Notes under the pieces: generated by a model
Databases searched by the model: none
What the model was told of the DNA's origin: nothing
What the model saw: only the letters and a program-made list of their open reading frames with translations
NCBI GenBank assembly: GCA_051362555.1
Contig: CM120648.1
Location: forward strand, 19,278,587 to 19,342,586
DNA from: Lingula anatina
Lineage: Eukaryota > Animalia > Brachiopoda
DNA length: 64,000 nt
Direction: 5' to 3'
Part shown: in pieces, positions 1-10,790 of the stretch
How the letters are laid out: the number at the start of each line of letters is the position of its first letter
Numbering within the stretch: position 1 is the stretch's first letter
Program-made: the position numbers and the translations under genes

Positions 1-1314
1 TAATGAATCAAGCGTTCTTCCTTTCATGTAGAACCGCCATATTTAGGTCGCAGCCTTACTAGACCTCGGCTCTTCTCGATGTGAAAGCTCCCTTAAATTG
101 TTGCTTCTAGTGTGCATTAGGAGACATAAAGGACACATACGACATCAAAGGGATTTAATCTCGGCTCCGATGTTTAATTGCTAGGCCCCTGCAGCAACGG
201 CGCATGTGGAGGCGGGGAGACCGTCGAGAATCAGCGGCAGCTCTTGTGAAGTGTGGTCGGCCATATTTAGTCGGCGGATCAGTTAATACTCGGATCATCT
301 TTTCTGAATGGAGCCTTAATCTGTGTTTGTTATTCAACTTCTATTGAAGTGTCTACACTCATATTTTGTTACTTACATCATAAGATACAGTGGCGGATTT
401 AGAGGGGAGGGTTAGGGGGACCTAATACCCCTTCCTTTTCTCAAAAAAATAACACTATTATTCCACTCTTGAAATTAGAGTTTTAACTAGTTGATTTATA
501 TTCCTTAAATATGCATACAAAGTCAATTTTTTGTCACAAAAACCAACCAAATGCCAGCATATAGTAACAAGTAGTATAACTAAGATAATTGCCAAAAGGC
601 ATTGTTTAATTTTACCCGAAAATGATGTTTGAATGGATTTTTCTGCTAGCACTCTATGCTGTATGTCAATGGGACAGAAAAGTAGGTCACGAAAGTAGGT
701 TAAATTTCCAACCAAAAATTTTAAGAAAGGAGCAGTCTAAAGCTCTTTTTGGGCTGATCAAGTGATCTATTCAGTTTATCCCTTGGCATGTCAAATTTAT
801 TTGAGTCGTATAAGAAACTGGTAGAAGTGGTTAACATGTGTTACTGGGAAACCACTCTCCACCGATGCCCGGTTCGTATGTACTTTAACCGTTTCAAATG
901 GAACCGTTTGACCTTCAAAACACCAAAATATTACGGCTCCCGGGCTATCGATTGTAATTGCAGATGTAAACATGTACAACCAAACTGGCCCTCTGCGTGA
1001 TAAGGTAGAAGGTTTTTCATTTGATTTCAAATCTACCAATGAATCTTCTGCGGCTCCGTGTAATTCCGCTGTCTTAACACAGCTAGCTTACCGCGGTACA
1101 TGTATAGCCTTGTACGCGGGTTTTTATGCAGTGATTTTTCTAGATTTTTTTTCCTGAAAATTGCATTAAGAAGAAAAACGTATATTAGGTGGGCGGGTGG
1201 GTCAGGCACAGTGCTGTCGTTGGCGTGCACGGGTGCAGGAAAAAACAGTCCGTTACAACAACGACCTGGCCCTGCAATCGAGAAGGCACGGGAAAAAGTC
1301 GATGGTTTAGAATA

Positions 1315-1856
1315 CGAGGGTTGATTGATAAGTAGTGAGCCTCGTGTGGAAGGGCCGGGGTTAAGCAGGGATATCCCTTTTTAGCCCTTCTATTCCCTGA
1401 CTATTTAAAGGTGTGTAGCCGAAGTTTGGTGTCATTTGGTTAGTTGATGTCGACGAGGTAGCACTCTCAAATAAGCAAGGCAAGTGACATTTGCAAAATG
1501 CCCCTGCTCACAAGCCTGTCATCGCCATGGCTGCAATCAACGAGTGTGGCTTTGAACTGATAGAACATCCACCTTATTCGCCTGATCTTGCTCCCTCTGA
1601 CTATTATCTATTTCCCAAATTGAAAAAGGCCATTTCAGGTACTCACTCTGTGTCAGATGATGACGTCATACGTGAATTGGAGGGGTTTCTGAACAGCCAA
1701 GAGAAGGGCTTCTATAAAAGTTGCAAAGAGGCTCTCAAAACTCGCTGGAAAAATTGTATAGATACTCAAGGAGACTATGTTGAAAAATAAATGAAAAATA
1801 TTTGTAAAATGTGTACCCCTTCTATATGAGGCTCACTACTTATCAATCAACCCTCG
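1315..1856 (+). mobile_element. Internally deleted mariner element (542 bp)
   Basis: Perfect TIRs CGAGGGTTGATTGATAAGTAGTGAGCCTC / GAGGCTCACTACTTATCAATCAACCCTCG; TA on both sides (1313-14, 1857-58); contains transposase 3' end. Confidence 0.93.
1491..1790 (+). pseudogene. Mariner transposase C-terminal fragment
   Basis: NAPAH...HPPYSPDLAPSDYYLFPKLK...RWKNCIDTQGDYVEK, hallmark mariner YSPDLAP motif; N-terminal part missing. Confidence 0.92.
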
Positions 1857-2828
1857 TAAGTGATCGATTTGACAACAAAATTTTTACTGGTCATTATCTT
1901 AAAGTATTCCTTTCTCTTCAAATTTTGCTTTAGAATATTAAAGTTTACTATTTAGATTGATTTAGATTCTTTGGAATGGTGCCTGATGACATCGGTATTA
2001 TAGTTTCACAAGATTATTCCTCTCTCTTCACTTTTTTCACTTAAAAATGATGTTCAGGCGGGGATGGTGATAAGCCCCCGAGTGTCCGACCCCGAGTCCC
2101 ACGTCAAGGAGGCAAGGGCCATTCCCTAAAAACGCCCCCCTCTCCTGCAAATAACCTGTATCCCTCCCTGAGCCCCCTCCCCCCTTTCAATGAATCCTGG
2201 ATCCGCGGGGAAAAGGGGCATGAATCCCTGTCAACTCCTACCTTCACTTTCTATAATGATCTCTTCACACATCTGGAATCAGCTACATTTAGGAGAAAAC
2301 GGCACAGCAGGCCAAGAAATCTTTTACGTTTATAATTTTAATTCTGTCTTTTTTCATTCTTACAAAGATTTTAAAAAATACCGTCTCCTAGACATATCTG
2401 TTAAATATATCCCGACTTTTCTTTTCTTTTTTAAATTGTATAATCTTATATAGAAATGAAAAAATGAGTTAAGGAATTAAAGCCGAAAACCTATTAAATG
2501 ATTAATATTTATGATACTTTTCTGTTTTTGCTTATACAAAAATTTGTAAAAATTGTGTCTCCTCGACATACATGTGTCTGTTAAATATCCCACTACAATA
2601 TCCCCATATAAGATAAGAGGGAGAGAGAGAGAGAGAGAGAGGCGGGGCGGAATTTTGCTGGAATTTTTGGTGAACTTGACCTGGGTGTGGTGTGAAAAAA
2701 ATGGACATCGGCCTCAGGTCGGACTTGAAGAACAAAACAAACCAGCACAAAACAAGCACGAACGTAATCTCCTCTCAGCTCATCTAACACACTCACGTGT
2801 TCAGATGCACCCCAGGTCAGCCTCCAAG

Positions 2829-3034
2829 GGTCATGTAGATACACCCCCGCACCGATAATCCCTCTTAGTAATTTTTTGTATTATGCGCATCGATGCGACC
2901 CCACACCGATAGATCCCCGCACCGATACTCCCCCGCACCAATACTTCCCCTCAGTAGGCCTATATGTGTAATTGTGGGGATGTAGCCTACCGGTGCGGGG
3001 GAGTATCGGTGCGGGGACGTATCGACAAGTAACC
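2829..3034. mobile_element. Degenerate MITE with CCCCGCACCGATA subterminal repeats
   Basis: Several ccccgcaccgata units on the left inverted relative to tatcggtgcgggg units on the right. Confidence 0.55.
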
Positions 3035-4231
3035 CGCCTGCCAGATAATATGCCACCAGTGGGTCACCTGTGGCTATAAACAGCAAACAGCCACTGGTGG
3101 TCCACTGGTGTACCGCTGGTGGTTAGCTGGTGGCAGGTTGCCGTTGGTAATGTAGCTGGTGACCGGTCCACCAGTGACCAATTCGCGATTTTCTCATCGT
3201 AATTGTTAAGTGTAGATTTTTTTTCAAATACGCGTATGCGTATTGTAATAACGTTACCTCATTTCGGCGGAAGTGTTTTTATTTACCTTTGTTCACTCGT
3301 TTGGGAGTGCGCAATTTCCTAGCATTTCATTGTCCTATAAAAATTTACGTGACGTAGGCCTACTGCACGCGACGGCTGCACGTGACGTCTGCGTCGACCA
3401 CTCTACTCCGCCTGACTGCTGCCACTGGGCTTTGATTTCACTATATTTCATGTAAAATAGGTAAGCCTAATAATATTTAAATACACTGATTGACAGATCT
3501 TTTCAATGTAGGCCTACATGTAGGAAAAATGTTGATTTATAAAACAGCTTTTTAAAAAATAAATTCTGGAAATAAGAACATTGTTATTGAGTGGAAGAAA
3601 CAAAATGTGAAAGCTCCACCTAGGCCTTCTATAGCCCTATAAGATATAGGTATGAAAAAAATTGATTATAAGATTCGTATTTTGTATTTGAAAGTTTGGT
3701 ATTTTTTGCCTCTTGAAAAGATCGAGTCAATTAAAAGGTATACATTTTCAAAGTGTATATATTTTTAAAAAATAAAAATGTGGTGTATCAGTGTGTTATG
3801 AAAGGTTTTCTGTGGCTTTTATTTACGTAAAATTCATTTTAATAAGGATTAAAATGGAAAAAGACCCATAATAGATTTATGAATGATATTGATAACAATT
3901 GGAAAAAGTAAAGTTTGTATCTTAAAATAAACCTTGGAATATAACCAGTGAACATTGGTCCTTTTTCTTTTGTGGTCCCGCCTAGCTAAATACTATTATT
4001 AAAATATCAGCAAAACGTCTGACATATGTGATGACTTGAAAACTGCGCTGCACTCCAACGAGACGGATGCGACTAATTTCTCACTCAATTTGGTAGTTGT
4101 GATCGCCACCTTTATTTCGTATTTCAATTTATTAAACCCTTGACCCCAACGGCTCATCAGAATGAAATACAGTGACATTATAAAGTCATATCAACGAACT
4201 ACCACTTCAACAAAAACTACTACTGATACAA

Positions 4232-4271
<40 letters not shown>

Positions 4272-4351
4272 TCATTATACTGACGCTAGTCTTAGCTCCG
4301 ATGCACATTGTAAGTATTTCCCGAAGCTGTTTAATTGTGAGACATTGTTAA

Positions 4352-4903
4352 AGGCCCAGTCACAATGTCGGCGATCTGTCGGGGATTAGTTTTGGCCGGG
4401 GGTCGTCGTAGAAAATAAAAAAAAATCCTTGAACAATCCTAGCAATAATCCTAATAAAAGTGGAGCAGTCACATTGTCTGAGATTTTGACCCGGTTTTGT
4501 CGAAAAATCGTGGGATTAGCCTCCGATTGCATCGGAGGCGATCGGAGACGATACCTGCGAGCGTCTTTTCTCTTAATTTTTTTCCCCCTGGGTATATGTG
4601 GTTATATATGGGTATATATCCGGAGGACGCCTCCGATTAATCGGAGGGCATCGTAGGTCATCGGAGATTGTGTCTGGGATGCCCAAAATGGGTGAAAAAT
4701 CTTGCGAGCAATCTTAAAATTTTAAGTTCAAAGTTGGGGACCGCGACGGGTGTGGCGATGTCTAAAAAATCTGCGACAACCCGCAGGCGTCCGGAGAGCG
4801 CCTCCGACGGGTGCAAAATCGTGAGATCTGTCTCAAGATTTTGTTAAAATTTCCCGGGTTTTACCCATCCCCGACGCATCGCAACTGATTTGTGACTGGG
4901 CCT
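4352..4903. mobile_element. PIF/Harbinger-type MITE
   Basis: TIRs AGGCCCAGTCACAA / TTGTGACTGGGCCT; TAA target duplication at 4349-51 and 4904-06. Confidence 0.85.
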
Positions 4904-5522
4904 TAAGTGATAATAGTTCAATTAGTTTGAAGACTGTAAGCTTTTTTTACCCTTTAACATATATATATATATATATATAGATAGGCCTATATGAAGCCAG
5001 GGATCTTCTCTTGAAATAGTATTTATTTCAAAAGATTTACACATCACGGTCTCCTCTGCATTCACAGCAGCGAGGCGGCCCGGCTCGTTAAAATTCTCAA
5101 GAGACTCGCTTAAATTTGTTAAAATAAATAAATAAATAAATAAATAAAACCCTCGCTGAGATAAATTACTACTAACAGTATTTTTTTATTCAGGTTAACT
5201 GAAAATTATAAAGATGGTGAAGTAGCCATTAATTTCCTACGGATCATGTAGAAAGGTGATGAATAAGACAATATATGGAAAAACTGGTCGTTTATAACTG
5301 ACCAAATATGTCTAGAGATAATACAGTTTACATTCAAGTTGACCACCAATATCTGGCATATATATGCATATTTGTAATGTTAAGATTTTTCATGTTTTTA
5401 AAAAGGCAAATAATTAAATTAAGACTAGACATAAGGAAGTGCACATGGGGCATTTTGGTAGTCATTTTAACGTATTTTCATTAATTCCAATCTGATTTCT
5501 TTACCGATAAATTATTCGTATT

Positions 5523-6563
5523 ATGGTTTTCAGAGATCGTTTCATCTTCACCACCCTCCTGCAGATAAAAGCTATGCTGAAGAATAACATTATTGTTCTT
5601 ACAAGGTTAGAGCAAAGATTGAAACAGAACAGAAATCCTGATGACAATATTGTCTTAATTGACGAGTTTGCATTTCCTATGGAGACTAGAGAAGATGTGG
5701 CAAGGGTTGAAAACATACTTAAAGATAAACATAATGAAATTACTGGTAAGTTAAAAAAATAATAGTGTGATTAAAATTAATTAATGTAGTAATTGTTGTG
5801 CTGAAGCTACATATGGAATAAATAATAAGTTAATTTTTAAAATAGTGGTTATTTGATAAATGATTAATATAACATTTTAATCTGAACACTTATCATTTGT
5901 TGTATGTATAGGGCCTATATATAAATGTGCTTTACTAATTAAGAAAATCTTATATTTATTTCAAAAGTCAAACCACCTTGCCACACTGGGAGGGTTTTCC
6001 TCTAAGGAAATGGTACAGTGTAGATAGGATCATGTCTACTATTTTTAAAACTAACATATTGCATGCCAGTGTAACTGGATTGGGAAGTGCGGAAAGGTTG
6101 CACTAAAAAAACCTGACCTTTACAAAAGCAATGGAATGTTTGCATTTCGTAATGATCAAATAATGTTTGCTCAGATATATTTTTACATATTAATTGTATT
6201 ATTATGATCCTGAAGTAAAGTTACAGTTCAAAATATAAAGATTGTTTCTTCTGAACAACTTTGTCTTTTTAAGGTTTTTACATATATTCTCTTAAGGATA
6301 AACGCATATCAACCTATTTCTGTCCTTTGATGAGACCATTCCGTTTTGTAACTCCTTTTTGAACCATTTTTGTTTACTGTCCAATTTAGCACTGTTAAGA
6401 TAGGAGGATTAAGTTAAGTTTTTTATATTTTACAGATGCAGGTAGATCGAGAGCTACGGAGGCTGAATAAGACATGCATCAAATTGTGGCTCAAAAATGC
6501 GCATGATAGGGATGGCGGCAGAAAATTGAGGGAAATCAAAACAAGGAAAAAAGGAGGTAAATA
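5523..6563 (+). pseudogene. Decayed multi-exon DUF4806-like gene (accessory ORF of animal EnSpm/CMC-type transposons)
   Basis: Fragments FPMETREDVARVENIL (~5670-5720), NHLATLGGFSSKEMV...RIMSTIF...ACQCNWIGKCGK (~5970-6100, frameshifted) and CIKLWLKNAHDRDGGRK (~6475-6525) match recalled LGG / NWxG / WLxxAxDRxGGR motifs. Confidence 0.6.
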
Positions 6564-6672
6564 AACACACTGGACAAAAGAAGTGTCACCCCCTGCAGAG
6601 TAATGAAAGTTATAATGCCTGGGTCTACTCTTAATATGACTATTGAGTATAAAACCACTGTACTATGGAATT

Positions 6673-6722
<50 letters not shown>

Positions 6723-7043
6723 TGAATTTTGATGTTTATAAAATGATACCAGGAGCATATCATTCCAGAGTCATTTATCTCCCCCAAAGTATTGGTTCAC
6801 TTCTATTGTCCAGTGTGTGTAACAACAAAAAATAACAATAATAAATAAATAAATAAAGAAAGAAAAATAAAAGAAAAATAAATCAAAATAAAATAAAATA
6901 AAAATCACTGTTACAGGTGATAATTGTGATGAGAAATATTAGTTTTACGCATATCTATTTTATCTGATATTAAATTATTATTTTCCAGTTACCTTTGTAC
7001 GGCATTTCTTTTGCGCGTCTATAGTTTTGCTATGAAAAAAATA

Positions 7044-7115
7044 CCGGAAGTCGTGTTGCGCAAAGGATTATGGTCTATATGAATGAGGCGCCATTTTCTT
7101 CAACAACCAGGAAGT
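7044..7115 (+). promoter_or_regulatory. Probable promoter of the Roco gene
   Basis: ETS CCGGAAGT 7044-51, C/EBP palindrome TTGCGCAA 7056-63, YY1 CGCCATTTT 7089-97, ETS CAGGAAGT 7108-15, 180-250 bp upstream of ATG 7297. Confidence 0.55.
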
Positions 7116-7296
7116 AACAGGACGGAGATTGTGGGATAATGTTGAACATATTTGACAAAGAAAGAGATATGATCTGACCGACTTGTAGGTATATGGAGCA
7201 AGTGTTTATGTTACTGTGATCTCCAAGCTGCAGCACCAGAAGTGAACATAAAGTTTAGCAATCACTGACAGAAATATTACAGGATCTACTGTCGGA

Positions 7297-8239
7297 ATGG
7301 AAGCCATGTTAGGGCAGTCTAGACGAGGTGTAAATCCAAGATCAGGACAGGTGACAGTACAGACACAACCTCCATTAGCTGAACAGGAAACAAATACAAC
7401 ATCAGCTACACATCCTAATGTTTTCTTTGACAAGGCAGAATGTGTGCGTTCCTTCAGTACTAAACTGGAAGATGATAGAAGAATACTCATAACTACTGAC
7501 ATAACTGGGTTAGCCATAGATAAGGAACACATGTTTGTTGTGGATAGTGACAACAACAGAACAAAAGTATTCACACATGAAGGACAATTTAAGTTTGACA
7601 TTAAAGTAAACACACCATGTGATGTGGCTGTGTCACAGACTGGTCACCTGTATATAACATCACTGGGTGACAGTTGTGTCCAAGTGTACTCCACCAGAGG
7701 TCAGCAGGTGACAACCATGGGTCAGGGTCTACTGAAGTTACCACGGGGTATTACACTGAACAGACAAGGTCATGTGATGGTTTGTGACAGAGAAAAGAAG
7801 TCCATCTTCACATTCCATGCAGACAGTGGACAGCTCCTGAACACTATTCCACTCAGTATGTGTGAAGGCCCAGTGTACATCACAGTGAACAGTGTGAATG
7901 ATAACATTGTGATATCAGACATGTGGGGAGACTGTGTACATGTGCTGTCACCTACTGGTGATCATCTGTACAAGTATGACGGCAGCAGAGAAGGCAGTAA
8001 ACTGAGGTTACCATGTGGAGTGTGCACAGACAGCTATGGTCACATCTTCATTGCTGACAGGGTTAACAACAGGATAGTGGCACTGAGTCCACAGGGACAG
8101 TTTATCAGATACATTGTCACTGAGGATGATGGGTTGAGGTATCCCTGGGCAGTAGTCATCAACCCTGCTACTGGTCAACTGGTGGTGGGAGAGATGAGGG
8201 GCAATGTTAAGACATTCCAGTACATTGAACTGAAACAAG
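7297..8239 (+). CDS. Exon 1: NHL-repeat beta-propeller (TRIM2/3-like C-terminal domain)
   Basis: Blades [90 protein letters not shown]; donor CAAG|GTGAGT, phase 1. Confidence 0.9.
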
Positions 8240-9062
8240 GTGAGTAACATGTATTAACTGTGGATAGATATGATTATTATGTAAAAATATTTGAAAGTTA
8301 ATTAGTCTTACAATGTTTTTATCCATGAATATGCTTGCCTTTATTTCAATAAAAAAAAACTTTTTAAGCATATTTAAATTCAGTGAGCACACAGCTGTGC
8401 TTTAGTAAAAATGTATTTAGAGTGGAGACATTTTCTATTGTTAATACTTTACTGTTACTGACCAATTTCCATGAACCCATTAGTGATTAGGATTTTGAAT
8501 AAGGATGAAGAACTCTTTTTAATGGAATGTATGGTATGCTTCATTTGTATTTTTATTAAGTCACAAGAAAAATATTTTACATTGTTTAATCCCTGAACTT
8601 CTTGTCCATTTGTCAGCAAAGAACAACTCAAATCTCACATCAATTCTTCATATTCTTCATCTTGTAGCTGTTCATGAAAGTTTTAGATATACCTCAATAT
8701 ATCTCAAATGTACTTTGTCAAGTTTCTCGATGTCTTACCACTTCTAGATTCAAAGACATTTCATCACCAGTTTGTTGTTAACACACACAAATAAATTAAA
8801 TGTTGAAGTACTTTGGATGATACCTTATTTTCCTGACTTTGTGGATTGTTATTTGCAAATAAAACTAGCAGACGACCATTTTTCATGAAATGGAACTACT
8901 TTTCACAGGAAGTAGTGTATTCATACACAACAGTGACCTTGGGTTTGGAATACAAAAAAATAGTACATGCATTCATACTGTCACAGCATGCAAATTATAA
9001 TGAAATATACAAAACTAAACACATTTTTATGTAACACAAAAAGTTAAATGCATTTTTATTTA

Positions 9063-9096
<34 letters not shown>

Positions 9097-9206
9097 CTGG
9101 ATAAAAACGTTGATGAAATGGTTTTGAACATGGTTTTTGGAACTTTTAAACTGCATGCTGATGGACCCACATATTTATGTCATACACACTAAACATAGAT
9201 GAGAAA

Positions 9207-9258
<52 letters not shown>

Positions 9259-10746
9259 GGCCTAATATGTATGCACTACAGGTTCAATTCCAAATGTTTC
9301 TCTTAAAAAACATTTAAATAAAAACAATTTCCTAGAATGCTTGAAAGTGAAAATTTCTAAGTATGATTTATTTCAAACAGAACAACTTTATGGCTGTTGA
9401 CACTTCTGGATAGTCCGATTATATAGCCAAAATTAACCATAAAGCAACCTACTATAGGAATAAATAACAAATCATAAATAAACATCAATGCTGTCATATC
9501 ATACATAATACAAGAAAAGTGTATGTCTACATGCAAATGTACAGTGTGTATCTGTTAATTGCCAGAGTGTAGCGGCTAGTGGCTAGCTTCCAGCAACCCT
9601 GCGGCTTACCTCCGGCAACATGCACTGTATATAGCTGAGACAAGCTGCTAGCGGCTAGCCTGTGGGGATACTTTCCGGCAGCATTTTTATGTTGCTGGAG
9701 TACTCCTGCTATACTCCGGGAGTACTTCAGCAACATTTTACGTTCTGTAAGGGCATGCATTTTTAAGTTTTATAGTAAGCACACAGCTAGGTGTTAGTAA
9801 AAATGTATGTAGAGTGGAGAAACTTTTTACTGTTAGTGACCAATTTCCATTGAACCCATAAGAATTATGAGTGAGAAATAGACACCTGCCCATCAGGCAA
9901 GTACAATATGTCTGTAAATCTACCTGCCCTGTTCCAAATGTACTTGGTCTGCTCCAAATAAAAAAAAAATGGGTGTTGATAAAATTTTTCTGAACAGTCT
10001 ATAAGTCAGGCAGATTCAGTACAATGGCGTATGTATTTGTAGGTTGATAAGTTACTAACTAAAGAAAAAAAAAAATTTCATGTAATAATCATGATAGTGA
10101 TACATAATACATGTATGATGATACATTTCACCACATTATGATGCAAACACCATCAAATGGAAACAAAAATAAACTTGTAATTAAACCAACTCAGCAAATG
10201 TTTGTGCCGAGCAGATATTTAGCATTGTACAATATACATGTATTTCAGGAACTGCTCAGAATTATGCTGATTGCCATTTCAAGTCTAAATTAAACAAACA
10301 TCAATGTGGCCTACAAAACTGATACAACTGCACCAAATATCTCTTGCTGCATGAAATACTTGTTGAAATGATGTTTTCAATAGAACTTTTATTTTGTTTC
10401 CTTTTTTTTTTTTATTTAATCATGAGTAAAACATTCTAAAATGTTTAATCCCATTTCTTAGTATAATCATTATGCTTCACATTTATGTAAAATATATTAC
10501 AAGGCTGTTGCAATGTTTTTATTATTTATTTATTTATTATTATTATTATTTTAACTAGTAAGCAAAATCTCTTACGCTGCTGCAGCGCAGTCTGTTTGGT
10601 AAATTTATCTGGCAATTTAACAGTTTTTAGTGAAAATTTAATTTTTCACTTATTTGCATCTTTATTTTCTGTTCTTTGTCTGTACATTTGACAGCTTTGC
10701 TGCCTTGTTAATCATTTTCACACCATCTTTATCTTTTTCTTATTTG

Positions 10747-10790
<44 letters not shown>

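Noticed and set aside
6536-6787. Poly-Lys ORF
   Set aside because: Translation of a poly-T tract
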